DNA of 64,000 nt from Patescibacteria group bacterium (GCA_040384565.1 JAZKJC010000015.1:2063-66062), one strand, 5' to 3'. Counted from the stretch's first letter, positions 1 to 10,058 are shown. Made by a program: numbers and translations. The notes: generated by a model not told the origin, from the letters alone.

Positions 1-2
1 AT

Positions 3-120
3 TGGAATACCATTATTCTAACTGGCCAACTGCCCTGGCAAGAAGTCCAAGGGCTCATTGTTCACTCCTATAATCTTGTAAGTGGAGAAGGCGATCAGAC
101 GGCACCTTTCCAGACGCTCT
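3..120 (+). CDS. 3' end of an unidentified gene running off the window start (partial)
   Basis: Frame 3 is open from the window edge to TAA 118-120 (...IILTGQLPWQEVQGLIVHSYNLVSGEGDQTAPFQTL*). No family recognised. Confidence 0.25.
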
Positions 121-139
121 AAAGCTGTAAAAATAGAAA

Positions 140-787
140 TTATTGTGGCTGAGTGGGCTCTGGTCCAAGTAAGGTGCCGACAGCAGAATAGTAATTACCA
201 TAAGTTGTTTTGGTGGATTTGTCGTCCGCAGCGTCGCGGATCTTCTTGAGGGTTTGTTGGTATGTCTTCAGGCTGGCGAGAACTGTTTTGGTAAAGGTCT
301 CATCAAACTGGTTAGATTGCTCGGCGGTGGTGAGCAGCACGTCGGTTTGCGAGTTTTTGCCCAAAACGAGTGATTTGGTAGCAGTGTCGGTACCGGCTTT
401 TTTAGCAAGGCCTAGTGTTGTTACCTGTTGGGAGGCAATTGTAAGTTTGGTGGTAATGGCTAGATTTTTTGCTTCTGACTGTTTAGCCTTTGTTACTCCA
501 ATTTCACTAATGCGCACTAGCTCGGTTTGCTGCTGAGCCAAGCTCAAATAATCGGCTTTTAGATTTGCTCCACCCTTGTTTAGCAGGCTCATTACCCCAA
601 CTATTAAAAGCAGTAAAATGACTAGGCCCACTACTAAAATCAATATACGTTGCATCTTGGAATTACCGCCAGGCAATAATGACTTTTTAGGCGCAGTGGG
701 CGGATTAGTAATAAATTCGTAGGGGTTATGATTTGGCGTCACCGGCTGATACGGTGGAGGTGCCGACGGTAATTGATTCTGATCCAT
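140..787 (-). CDS. membrane-anchored hypothetical protein (Pro-rich N-terminus, one TM helix, helical ectodomain)
   Basis: ORF 140..817. ATG at 787 (MDQNQLP..) is preferred because 805-832 is a heptamer-repeat tract. TM segment ILILVVGLVILLLLIVGVMSLL. Confidence 0.55.
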   Translation of the reverse strand: MDQNQLPSAPPPYQPVTPNHNPYEFITNPPTAPKKSLLPGGNSKMQRILILVVGLVILLLLIVGVMSLLNKGGANLKADYLSLAQQQTELVRISEIGVTKAKQSEAKNLAITTKLTIASQQVTTLGLAKKAGTDTATKSLVLGKNSQTDVLLTTAEQSNQFDETFTKTVLASLKTYQQTLKKIRDAADDKSTKTTYGNYYSAVGTLLGPEPTQPQ

Positions 788-804
788 AAGCATTAGCATA
801 CTAT

Positions 805-832
805 GAGCAATGAGCACAGAGCAATGAGCAGC
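805..832. repeat. tandem heptamers GAGCAAT/GAGCACA/GAGCAAT/GAGCAGC
   Basis: Four consecutive 7-nt units read directly. The same word family recurs inside tlyA (41796-41837). Confidence 0.8.
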
Positions 833-853
833 GTATATTTTTTAAACTTATGC

Positions 854-882
854 TTGACAAAAAAGCTATATACTGCTAGAAT
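854..882 (+). promoter_or_regulatory. sigma-70-type promoter TTGACA-17-TAGAAT
   Basis: TTGACA 854-859, 17-nt spacer, TAGAAT 877-882. Lies 33 nt upstream of ATG 916, which has an AAGGA SD. Confidence 0.55.
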
Positions 883-915
883 ACCTTACGTAGATAACAA
901 TAAAAAGGAACTGTA

Positions 916-1434
916 ATGCTACTAAGACGGAATAGAAAACAAGCACAAGCTCCCCTTGAAACAACAGAATCAGTACGCGGCAAATCAGCTGAATACATGA
1001 GTAATTACGAAAAAGCCTATAATGATAGTGATGAACACGCAGCTAGGGCTAAAACTGCTCGTAATGGCAAGACTTTAGTAGAATCATATCGGGATGAGCT
1101 TGCAGTGGTGGAGAGAATTTCACAAGAAGCATCAGATGGCTCTGATTCATTATCAATGAGGAGGCTAGGGGCTGCCTTTAGAGTTAAGGGACTTGACGAA
1201 GAACTAGCCGCAGACAGATTGATGAAAAAAGCAAACGAAATAGCTGACAAGGATGCAGGTGGTCATTATCGAGCCAATCCTGACACTTACTATGAGGCAG
1301 CACTTGAAGACGCGGTTAAGGCCGGGGAGAATATCCAAGTAGTAGCTACTCCAGATCAAGCATCAGCAGAAGCTGTACAATCAAAAGCTACTCCAAGTCC
1401 TGAGCGTCCTGTTTACTACAGTTCCCCACACTAG
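916..1434 (+). CDS. hypothetical acidic protein
   Basis: 172-aa ORF with SD AAGGA and its own consensus promoter. No motif recognised. Confidence 0.5.
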   Translation: MLLRRNRKQAQAPLETTESVRGKSAEYMSNYEKAYNDSDEHAARAKTARNGKTLVESYRDELAVVERISQEASDGSDSLSMRRLGAAFRVKGLDEELAADRLMKKANEIADKDAGGHYRANPDTYYEAALEDAVKAGENIQVVATPDQASAEAVQSKATPSPERPVYYSSPH

Positions 1435-1481
1435 ATCTCCCCGACATTACTACGATAAAGAGCAAAAAGCTTTATTCTTAT

Positions 1482-1516
1482 GCTATGAGCTACCAGCTAT
1501 AAGCTATAAGCTATAG
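1482..1516. repeat. tandem heptamers GCTATGA/GCTACCA/GCTATAA/GCTATAA/GCTATAG
   Basis: Five 7-nt units ending 2 nt before the dnaG ATG (1519). Confidence 0.8.
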
Positions 1517-1518
1517 AT

Positions 1519-3267
1519 ATGGATGCTGTTGAGGATATTAAGTCCAGGCTTGCGATTGAGGATGTTATAGGTGAATATGTCCAGTTAAAGCGTGCCGGGC
1601 GGAACTTTAAGGGCAAAAGCCCGTTTAGCGATGAAAAGACGCCTAGCTTCATGGTGAGTCCTGAAAAGCAAATTTGGCATGACTTTAGCAGCGGTAAAGG
1701 CGGTAATATATTTAGTTTTGTTATGGAAATGGAGGGGTTGGACTTTAAGGGCGCGCTTGAGCTGCTGGCCCGCAAAGCTGGTGTTGATTTGGATCAGTAC
1801 AGAGGCAGCAGTAGTAACACTCAGCTCAAAGAGCGGTTATATCAAGCCCTAGAGGTAGCAGCTAGGTTTTACCAAGTACAGTTTAGTAAAAATGAGATTG
1901 CGCTGGACTATGTGCTAAAAAAAAGACAATTCACCAAGCCAACGGCTCTGGAGTTTCGCTTAGGTTACGCGCCTAATAACGGCAGCGCCCTTATAGATTT
2001 TCTGGCCAAGAAAGGCTTTACGGAGCAGGAGGTCCAAAAAGCCGGGCTGCTTACCAAGCGTTACAAGGGGCCAGGTGATATGTTTCGGGGGCGGCTGATG
2101 ATCCCGCTGCAGGATCCGCAAAGCAGGGTAATTGGCTTTACCGCCAGATTGCTAGGGGATGAAGACGGCCCCAAGTACATAAATACACCATCAACGCTTT
2201 TGTATGACAAGTCGAGGCATGTCTATGGCCTGCACTTAGCAAAAGACCAGATACGCAAACAGGGCTTTGCGGTACTAGTGGAGGGCAATCTTGACGTGAT
2301 TGCCAGCCATCAGGCAGGGGTGAGTAATGTGGTAGCGACAGCGGGAACAGCGCTGACAGAGCCGCATCTAAAGACTTTAGGGCGCTTTGCAAGCGATGTG
2401 CGGCTGGCTTTTGACGCGGACAAAGCCGGCCTGGCCGCCACCGAGCGGGCAATCCCAATTGCTAGCAAAGTAAACGTGGCATTGAGTATTATCACACTGC
2501 CGGAGGGCAAGGACCCGGATGACCTGATCCGGGATAATCCTAAGCTGTGGGCGGCGGCTATTAATAAGCATACCTACGCGGTTGACTGGCTGATCAAGCG
2601 TTATCAAAAGCAGCTGGACCTGGACAGTGGACAGGGCAAGCGGCGCTTTAGTGATCTGTTGCTGCCAACAATACGTGGTCTGCATGACGCCGTTGAACAA
2701 GATCATTACATCCATGAACTTGCTAAGATTACGGGGGTAAGAGTAGAAGCATTGGATACAAAATTTGCCGTAGACGAACCCCAAAAGCGTTTGCGCAAAA
2801 ATCTGAACACTCGCCGTGTTCAGACCGATCAAATGCAGCTGGAATGGGCTAAAACCCAGGACCACTTATTGTCACTGGCGTTGATGCGGCCAGACTTGCG
2901 TGATCAGTTGGATTTGCTGGAAGCAGAGATGCTCCCGCAGGAGACAGCCCGCCAACTCCTGGAATACTTGCAGATGCATCCAGACTTTGACGGCGTACTT
3001 AATAAAGCGCCGCTATTGCAACCAATCACAGACTATGTCAAAATAGTGGCACTACAGTACGAGGCGTTATTTAATGATCTCGATGAGCACGAAGCGCGTT
3101 ACACCGCGAATCGGCTCCGGATCCGCCTGATTGACATGTTTGTGAAAAGCAAAAAAGTTCAAATTGCCGATGCCTTGCAGGAAGCAAACGAGGAAACATC
3201 CCAAAAATTGCTCGCCCGTGCCAAGGCACTAGATAATTTACTAAAAACCAGCCAAGAAACATATTAG
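1519..3267 (+). CDS. dnaG: DNA primase DnaG (zinc-ligand-less N-terminal domain)
   Basis: Primase N-terminal block SPFSDEKTPSFMVSPEKQIWHDF. TOPRIM block VLVEGNLDVIASHQAG...AFDADKAG. 582 aa. Confidence 0.9.
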   Translation: MDAVEDIKSRLAIEDVIGEYVQLKRAGRNFKGKSPFSDEKTPSFMVSPEKQIWHDFSSGKGGNIFSFVMEMEGLDFKGALELLARKAGVDLDQYRGSSSNTQLKERLYQALEVAARFYQVQFSKNEIALDYVLKKRQFTKPTALEFRLGYAPNNGSALIDFLAKKGFTEQEVQKAGLLTKRYKGPGDMFRGRLMIPLQDPQSRVIGFTARLLGDEDGPKYINTPSTLLYDKSRHVYGLHLAKDQIRKQGFAVLVEGNLDVIASHQAGVSNVVATAGTALTEPHLKTLGRFASDVRLAFDADKAGLAATERAIPIASKVNVALSIITLPEGKDPDDLIRDNPKLWAAAINKHTYAVDWLIKRYQKQLDLDSGQGKRRFSDLLLPTIRGLHDAVEQDHYIHELAKITGVRVEALDTKFAVDEPQKRLRKNLNTRRVQTDQMQLEWAKTQDHLLSLALMRPDLRDQLDLLEAEMLPQETARQLLEYLQMHPDFDGVLNKAPLLQPITDYVKIVALQYEALFNDLDEHEARYTANRLRIRLIDMFVKSKKVQIADALQEANEETSQKLLARAKALDNLLKTSQETY

Positions 3268-3338
3268 TAAACAGCTAACAGTAAACAGTCTACAGCTAGG
3301 CCTGTCCCGACTGTCATCTGTCATCTGTATACTGTAAA
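3268..3338. repeat. heptamer-periodic inverted-repeat element (NNNACAG x4 / CTGTNNN x4-5), family C
   Basis: ACAG cores fall every 7 nt across 3268-3295. CTGT starts at 3311, 3318, 3325 and 3332, with a further one at 3302 (9-nt step). The element starts directly after the dnaG stop. Confidence 0.8.
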
Positions 3339-3356
3339 CTAATCGACGAAGGAGAT

Positions 3357-4478
3357 ATGATGGCAGATGACGTACCGGTTGCTGATGATAGTGTTGATGA
3401 GGTTTTGTTGAAATCTAAAACCGATTTATTAGAAAAAGCCAAAAAAGACGGCAAGATAAAACAACAGGATATTTTTGTTGCCATACCCGACACCCCAGAA
3501 CATGTTGATATCCTGGACCAACTTTATACAGAGCTGGCTGATTTGAACATAGTCATCACCGGTATTGAGCCTACTACCGGTGGTAATGAATGGACCGCTG
3601 AGGACGACGAAGAGATCGTGATTGATGAAAAGGTCTACCTGGACGATATCGCGGATGACTCCGTGCGTTTGTACCTGCGTGAAATTGGTAAAATTCCACT
3701 ACTGACCGCTCCGGAAGAGCTGGCGCTGGCTAATCAGGTGGTTGCTGGTGACAAGGGAGCTAAAGACAAGATGGCGGAGGCCAATATGCGTCTGGTTGTT
3801 TCTATTGCAAAGCGTTACGTGGGGCGTGGTTTGGACTTACTGGATTTGATTCAGGAAGGGAATACCGGACTGCTACGGGCCGTTGAGAAATTTGACCCGG
3901 ATAAGGGGTTCAAGTTCAGTACCTACGCTACCTGGTGGATCCGTCAAGCCATAACCCGTGCTATTGCTGATCAGGCCCGTACCATTCGTATCCCTGTTCA
4001 CATGGTGGAAACTATTAACAAACTGCTGCGGACACAACGCCGTCTGACCCAGGAATTGAACCGCGAGCCATCCAACGAAGAAATTGCCAAAGAAATGGAA
4101 ATTGATGTAGACAAAGTCGAACACATCATGAAGATTAAGCAGGATATATCTTCACTGGATGCTTCTGTTAGGGATGACGAAGAAGACTCGGTACTAGCTG
4201 ATTTTATCGAAGATGAAGACACAGTCAGCCCGGAAGAGTCAGCTACAAACCAGCTACTTAAAGAGCACGTCAAAGACATGCTAGGTGCACTGACAGAGCG
4301 TGAGCAGAAGATCCTCAAGCTACGCTTTGGCTTGGAAGATGGCAAAAGCCACACCTTGGAAGAGGTAGGGCAGGAATTCAGTGTTACCAGAGAACGCATT
4401 CGCCAGATAGAAGCCAAAGCCCTAGCCAAACTGCGTAAGCACAAAGACGCCAAAAAACTCCACGATTACATCAAGTAA
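3357..4478 (+). CDS. rpoD: primary-type RNA polymerase sigma-70 factor
   Basis: Region 1.2 [12 protein letters not shown]. Region 2 [40 protein letters not shown]. Region 4.2 [33 protein letters not shown] upstream. Confidence 0.9.
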   Translation: MMADDVPVADDSVDEVLLKSKTDLLEKAKKDGKIKQQDIFVAIPDTPEHVDILDQLYTELADLNIVITGIEPTTGGNEWTAEDDEEIVIDEKVYLDDIADDSVRLYLREIGKIPLLTAPEELALANQVVAGDKGAKDKMAEANMRLVVSIAKRYVGRGLDLLDLIQEGNTGLLRAVEKFDPDKGFKFSTYATWWIRQAITRAIADQARTIRIPVHMVETINKLLRTQRRLTQELNREPSNEEIAKEMEIDVDKVEHIMKIKQDISSLDASVRDDEEDSVLADFIEDEDTVSPEESATNQLLKEHVKDMLGALTEREQKILKLRFGLEDGKSHTLEEVGQEFSVTRERIRQIEAKALAKLRKHKDAKKLHDYIK

Positions 4479-4489
4479 CCGCTCATACA

Positions 4490-4572
4490 TTGAGCAAAAG
4501 AGGCCGCTTCACGCGGGGAAAATTTAAGAAATTTTCTCCGGCTGCACTCAGCACTCAGCCTCTTTTGCTCAA
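4490..4572 (+). terminator. long nested hairpin 3' of rpoD (15-bp perfect outer stem)
   Basis: TTGAGCAAAAGAGGC 4490-4504 pairs with GCCTCTTTTGCTCAA 4558-4572. There are inner hairpins and a GCACTCA x2 tract. No clear U-tract follows. Confidence 0.4.
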
Positions 4573-4671
4573 AATATTCGCTCTTTTAATGTGTGGTAGC
4601 GGTCTGCATGGACAAGCAAAGATGATGTAATGCTGCCCTTGGCACAAGTGGCCTGGGCAAAAACGATTCGC

Positions 4672-5247
4672 TTATTTATGCACGCTAGTTTCGGCAAGGA
4701 TCTTATCTAATTTGGGGAGAAGATCATCTGTAGTTGTATCGTTCACGAGCGTATAGTCGGCGTAGGCTATGGGGCCGCCTTTTTCTAGGTTCTCAATTTC
4801 GGCGAGTTCACGGGTAATTAATTGTTCTAGAGTATATTTGCGATGGGCATCCTGACGGCTTAAAACTCTATCACGGCGTAGTTTTTTAGGGGCTGCCACT
4901 GCAATGACTAAAAAGTTAGTTCCATATTTTTCTTCTAGGAATTTATACTCTGACCAGCTGTATAAGCCATCTAAAATAATCACTTTTTCGCCGTTATTAA
5001 AATATTCATCCGCTTTGCGACTAACGTGTTTGGCGAGTACCGCTTGGCCCTCGCTCTTGCGCATATCTTCACGTACAAAGACTTCATCCTTGATGTTATC
5101 CAGGCCACGACGCTGGACTTCGTTGTATACCATATTTCCAAAGTGGATCACAGGCCAGCCATGCTTTTCGTGCAAATAATTAGAACATGTACCTTTGCCA
5201 GAGCCAGGCATGCCTACAAAGGCGATTATTTTTTTATCCTCTTGCAT
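4672..5247 (-). CDS. P-loop nucleotide kinase, dephospho-CoA kinase/adenylate kinase-like (UPF0200-like)
   Basis: Walker A GMPGSGKGT. Overall pattern resembles archaeal UPF0200 small kinases (recalled similarity, not searched). Confidence 0.6.
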   Translation of the reverse strand: MQEDKKIIAFVGMPGSGKGTCSNYLHEKHGWPVIHFGNMVYNEVQRRGLDNIKDEVFVREDMRKSEGQAVLAKHVSRKADEYFNNGEKVIILDGLYSWSEYKFLEEKYGTNFLVIAVAAPKKLRRDRVLSRQDAHRKYTLEQLITRELAEIENLEKGGPIAYADYTLVNDTTTDDLLPKLDKILAETSVHK

Positions 5248-5297
5248 AGATGTATTGTACTAAATAACTTACATCAGGGTATAATTTAAGGTCTGTT

Positions 5298-6410
5298 ATG
5301 ACTAAAATTACTGCGGTGAAGAAATCGGATATTGCAGAGTTCAAAACTCAACTCAAGGCTTATAAAAAGGCTATTGATGATGATATTTCCGTCTACAACA
5401 AACATGTTCAGAAAGTTACGCTGCAGCAATTTGGCGCGGAGGCGCGGCTAGAAGTAGACGCGTTTTTAAGCATACTCGGCAGGGGCGGTAAGCGTATCCG
5501 GGGTAGTTTGGTGATGCTGGGCTATGAAATGAGCGGTGGCAAAGATACTGAGATGATACTTCAGGCCGCCAGGGCCATTGAGATGCTGCATGCCTACATT
5601 TTAATTATTGATGACATCCAAGACCGTTCCATTATCCGGCGCGGCGGCCCTACGGCCAATGTGATGCTGGCGGATTACCACCGGGAACATCGTCTGGCTG
5701 ACCAGGCTGATCATTTTGGTATATCAATTGCCCTTAATTCCAGCATGGGCGGCGCGCACGCGGCCCAGATGATATTGGCTAACATGAATGTTGACCAGGA
5801 ACTGCGGCTTAAAGTGCTATCTATAGTTAACCGGACTATGCTAACTACTACGCACGGCCAGACACTCGATATTATGAACGAGGTAGTTGGTGATGTGACT
5901 GATGAGGCTCTGGAACAGGTAATGGAGTGGAAAACAGCCCATTATACGGTCCTCAACCCACTGCATGTGGGCATGGTACTGGCTGGAGCAGATTGCGTGG
6001 CGACTGACGCGATTACAACGTATGCCAAGCATACTGGCAAAGTGTTTCAGATTACGGATGATATTATTGGTACATTTGGAAGCGAAGCCGCCAGCGGCAA
6101 AAGCCCGTTCAATGATATTAGGGAGGGTAAACGCACATTTTTGACAGTTTACGCGTTGCGGCATGCTGACAGTGGCGATAAAAACTTCCTGATACATATG
6201 CTGGGCAACCAGCAACTAACACCAGCCGAGTTTTCACGTTGCAAAGACATTCTGGTAGAAACTGGAGCGCTTGCGTATGCCCAGGAACATGCAAAACACC
6301 ATGCGGCGCTGGCACTTAGTTCGCTGGAAGCAGAAACAGGGCGCTGGAGCCTGGATGGTGTACATTTTTTGCGTGGTTTGGCTGGATACCTGCTTGAACG
6401 CCAGGCTTAA
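5298..6410 (+). CDS. polyprenyl diphosphate synthase (GGPP synthase-like)
   Basis: First Asp-rich motif LIIDDIQDR and second motif FQITDDIIG. Confidence 0.85.
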   Translation: MTKITAVKKSDIAEFKTQLKAYKKAIDDDISVYNKHVQKVTLQQFGAEARLEVDAFLSILGRGGKRIRGSLVMLGYEMSGGKDTEMILQAARAIEMLHAYILIIDDIQDRSIIRRGGPTANVMLADYHREHRLADQADHFGISIALNSSMGGAHAAQMILANMNVDQELRLKVLSIVNRTMLTTTHGQTLDIMNEVVGDVTDEALEQVMEWKTAHYTVLNPLHVGMVLAGADCVATDAITTYAKHTGKVFQITDDIIGTFGSEAASGKSPFNDIREGKRTFLTVYALRHADSGDKNFLIHMLGNQQLTPAEFSRCKDILVETGALAYAQEHAKHHAALALSSLEAETGRWSLDGVHFLRGLAGYLLERQA

Positions 6411-6413
6411 AAA

Positions 6414-7271
6414 ATGAGAGCTAGCCCCGAGCAACAAATATTCAAAAAGGGCAGTATCACGTATTATTTCAGTTCCAAATTCTTCACAAAAAAGGTTCGC
6501 GAAGATGTATTCAAACTCTACAGCTTTGTGCGCATTGCAGATGACTATGTGGATGCCATACCCCAGCAAACCCAACAATTTCACAAGTTGCGCAAACTAT
6601 GGAACCAAGCAAAGCTTGCCCCGCCTACCAACCACCAACTACCAACTATCAGCTCCTTGAACGAGCGTGTCGCCAGAAATATGATAGATGTTACGCGCAA
6701 ATATGACTTTCAGACTGAGTGGATCGAAGCTTTTCTAGACGCTATGCAAGCGGATATAGACAAAAAAACCTATAAGACTCTTGATGATACCCTGGGCTAT
6801 GTGTATGGCTCTGCCGAGGTCATTGGCCTGATGATGGCTAAGATCATGAGGTTGCCCAAAGAATCGTTTGAAGCGGCTCAAATGCAGGGAAGAGCAATGC
6901 AATGGATCAACTTTATCCGCGATATAGAAGAAGATAACGCTCTGGACCGCCAATATTTCCCCCAATCAGATCTGGAGAAATTCGGCATTAAAGACCTGAG
7001 CTCTAAGACTTCAAGAGCTCACCCAGAAAAGTTTAAAGAATTTATGAGATTTCAACTTAGCCGCTATTACGACTGGCAGACGGAGGCTTACAAAGGCTAT
7101 AAATTCATCCCCAGGCGATTACGCGTACCACTTGCTACCGCGGCAGACGTATATAACTGGACGGCGCGGAAGATAGATAAAAATCCATTGACCGTTTTTG
7201 AACAAAAAGTAAAACCGGGCAGTGGGCGGGTTTTAATCCGGGCCTGCAGGCAATTATTGGCCGGGATTTAA
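6414..7271 (+). CDS. phytoene/squalene synthase family protein
   Basis: YSFVRIADDYVD and NFIRDIEEDNALDRQYFP Asp-rich motifs. Starts 3 nt after the polyprenyl synthase stop. Confidence 0.8.
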   Translation: MRASPEQQIFKKGSITYYFSSKFFTKKVREDVFKLYSFVRIADDYVDAIPQQTQQFHKLRKLWNQAKLAPPTNHQLPTISSLNERVARNMIDVTRKYDFQTEWIEAFLDAMQADIDKKTYKTLDDTLGYVYGSAEVIGLMMAKIMRLPKESFEAAQMQGRAMQWINFIRDIEEDNALDRQYFPQSDLEKFGIKDLSSKTSRAHPEKFKEFMRFQLSRYYDWQTEAYKGYKFIPRRLRVPLATAADVYNWTARKIDKNPLTVFEQKVKPGSGRVLIRACRQLLAGI

Positions 7272-10058
7272 TAGTCCTAGAATATGCTCTCTTGTATGGT
7301 GGGTATCAGCGTGACGTTGGACTTCACGGATTAATATAAATATTGTGGCGGCGCCTAAGGCGAATAGCCAGTCAGCACCGCTCAGCGGGCCGGCGCCAAA
7401 GTAGACGTTTAGAAGCGGGTTGTAGATGATATTTAGCACGCAGAACAGCGAAAAGGCCAGTGCGATGGCCAGTGCGCGGTTGTGAAGCTGGTAGCGAGTG
7501 AACAGGCCATTACGTGAGCGACGCTGTAAGATGTTGAGCAGCTGGCACAGTACAATCGTCAGGTAGGTAAGCGTGGTGGCTTTGGCATAAAGGGAAGGAT
7601 GCAAAGTATCAGCGTGCGTGCCGCTGATACCGTTGCGTGTAAAGAAAAACATGAAGTTGGTGAATGCCAGCCCGCCAATTAAGACACCACACCATAACAG
7701 ATCCAAAACATTTTTGGGGTTTAATATATGGTCGCGGGTGCGCCGTGGCTTGTCGTTCATAAGCTCGCCGTCGGCTTTGTCCCAGCCAAGCGCTGCTATA
7801 GGGAAAAGCTCCGCGATCATATCAATAGCCAGCAGCTGCATGACGGTCATGGCCAGTGGAATATTTAGGATTGCGAACGCGCCAATGCTGGTCAAGTTCA
7901 AGACTAGCTCCGCGGCATTGCTGGTGAAGCAACTGAGAGTGGCTTTTTTAATATTTTGAAAGATCACACGGCCTTGGGCGATAGCGCCGACCAGGGTTGA
8001 AAAGCTATCGTCCAGCAGTATGATTTCAGCTGATTGTTTGGCAACGTCCGTACCGGTTTTGCCCATGGCAACACCAATGTCCGCCCGTTTTAACGCTGGA
8101 GCGTCATTTATGCCATCACCGGTGACTGCCACTACACTATCATTGTCTTTGACGAGGTTTACGATCCGCAGTTTGTCTTCCGGGCTAACCCGGCTGAATA
8201 CTACGCCGCCTCGTGTTGCCAGATGCAGTACGCGGGCATCTTCCAGCCTACGCAGCTCCTCGCCGCTGACCACTATCAGCTCCTGACCATTTCTGGCTAA
8301 CCCGGCTTTATGGGCAATAGCTTGCGCCGTGGCGGCAAAGTCACCGGTAATAATAGATACATTAATATGAGCTTTGTGAGCGGCGGCCATGGCAGCAGGG
8401 ACCTCTTCCCGGAGGGGGTCAACCATACCAACCATTCCGAGCCAGGTCAGGCCGTTTTCTGCCTCTTCCATTTTAAGTTTTTTGAGGTTAGTGCCTTTGG
8501 AAAGGACTTTGAAAGCGTAACCCAAGTTACGTGATGCTTGATGAGCCCAAGTATGGTTTTGCCTGTCGACCATGTCCCGGTCTTTCTGGCTCATTTTACG
8601 TACGTGGCCGCCATCCCAGATGTCATCACAACGGTGCAATATACTTTCCGGCGCTCCTTTGACAAATACATACAGCTGGCCGTGGGGGCCATAAGCCCTA
8701 ATAGAGCTCATACGTTTTCTAGCCGAGTCAAAGGCGAATTCTCGGAGTTCCGGCGTGGCCTCATCAAGTTTAATGGTATTTAAACCAGCTTTTTGGGCAA
8801 GTGTGAGCAAAGCGCCTTCCGTCGGATCGCCAACCACATACCAGCTGGGGTGCTCCTCGTCTGGTGGACTGACACGTGCATTACTGGCAAAGACTCCACA
8901 AGCAAAAAACAATTCCAGTTCCTTCAAGGCTGATTCGTGAACCGACGTGCCTTTACGCATTATCTGGCCTTTAGGTTCGTAGCCCGTACCGCTAACCGCG
9001 TAGGTAGTGTGACCAATTTGCAAGCGTTCTACCGTCATCTGGTTTTTAGTAAGCGTACCGGTTTTGTCCGTGCATATAACTGTTGTCGCGCCAAGCGTCT
9101 CGACAGCGGAGAGCTTTTTGACAAGAGCCCGTGCCTTGGCTAATTTACTTGCTGCTCGCGCTAGCCCGGTATTAATTTCTGCCGGCAAACCTTGCGGGAT
9201 AATGGATGCAGCTATGGCTATCGCGTACAAGAAGGCATTTTTAAGTCCAAGCCCAAGGTAAATAGTAAATGGCAACAGGATTGTACAGAGTACTACTGTA
9301 CCCTGAGTAACGCGGCTGGCTATATTGTTCAGTTCGCGTTGTAATGGGCTAACATCTGCCGTCGTATCGGCGCTGAGCGAGGCAATTCGACCAAGCTCTG
9401 TCTGCATCCCCGTGGCTATAACGACGCCATAGCCCCGGCCCATGGCTACGGTGGTGCCCATAAATACCAAGTTATGCCGGTTTGCCAGCTCCACATTATC
9501 GCTGATGGCATGCGTAAATTTGCGGGATGGGTTACTCTCGCCGGTTAGGGCAAAATCGTTAGTGGCTAGCTCGGTCTCTTTGAGTATTCTTAGGTCGGCT
9601 GGTACACTATCTCCCTCTTCAATTTCTACGATATCACCAGGTACTAACTCGCCAGCTGCCACGGTAACAAGGTTACCATTCCGGAGTACCTTGGCCTCGT
9701 TTACTACAAGTTTTTCAAGGCTTTCCATAAGCTTTTCTGCCTTAAACTCCTGGCTAAAGCCTATAATGGTATTAAATAGTACCAATGCCAGTAGCACCGC
9801 CGCCGTCCGGCCATCACCCAAAATCATGCTTATGACCGCACTGGCCAGTAGCATGATAATCATCAGGTCCTTGAACTGGCGCAAATACTTATGCAACCTG
9901 GATTCTTTGCCTAGTTCCTGCAACCTGTTTGGTCCATATTGCTCCAGCCGTTTGGTGGCTTCTTGGCCGTCTAACCCTTGTTTTAGGTCAGATTCTAACT
10001 GTCTCAGAACAACATTGCTGTCTTGCCGGTAATAAGCCAATTGAATTTCTTTACCCAT
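7254..10058 (-). CDS. cation-transporting P-type ATPase (type II-like)
   Basis: ICTDKTGTLTKNQ phosphorylation site, LTGESNP, and hinge TGDGINDAPALKRADIGVAMG. 934 aa with multiple TM segments. Confidence 0.88.
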   Translation of the reverse strand: MGKEIQLAYYRQDSNVVLRQLESDLKQGLDGQEATKRLEQYGPNRLQELGKESRLHKYLRQFKDLMIIMLLASAVISMILGDGRTAAVLLALVLFNTIIGFSQEFKAEKLMESLEKLVVNEAKVLRNGNLVTVAAGELVPGDIVEIEEGDSVPADLRILKETELATNDFALTGESNPSRKFTHAISDNVELANRHNLVFMGTTVAMGRGYGVVIATGMQTELGRIASLSADTTADVSPLQRELNNIASRVTQGTVVLCTILLPFTIYLGLGLKNAFLYAIAIAASIIPQGLPAEINTGLARAASKLAKARALVKKLSAVETLGATTVICTDKTGTLTKNQMTVERLQIGHTTYAVSGTGYEPKGQIMRKGTSVHESALKELELFFACGVFASNARVSPPDEEHPSWYVVGDPTEGALLTLAQKAGLNTIKLDEATPELREFAFDSARKRMSSIRAYGPHGQLYVFVKGAPESILHRCDDIWDGGHVRKMSQKDRDMVDRQNHTWAHQASRNLGYAFKVLSKGTNLKKLKMEEAENGLTWLGMVGMVDPLREEVPAAMAAAHKAHINVSIITGDFAATAQAIAHKAGLARNGQELIVVSGEELRRLEDARVLHLATRGGVVFSRVSPEDKLRIVNLVKDNDSVVAVTGDGINDAPALKRADIGVAMGKTGTDVAKQSAEIILLDDSFSTLVGAIAQGRVIFQNIKKATLSCFTSNAAELVLNLTSIGAFAILNIPLAMTVMQLLAIDMIAELFPIAALGWDKADGELMNDKPRRTRDHILNPKNVLDLLWCGVLIGGLAFTNFMFFFTRNGISGTHADTLHPSLYAKATTLTYLTIVLCQLLNILQRRSRNGLFTRYQLHNRALAIALAFSLFCVLNIIYNPLLNVYFGAGPLSGADWLFALGAATIFILIREVQRHADTHHTREHILGLLNPGQ

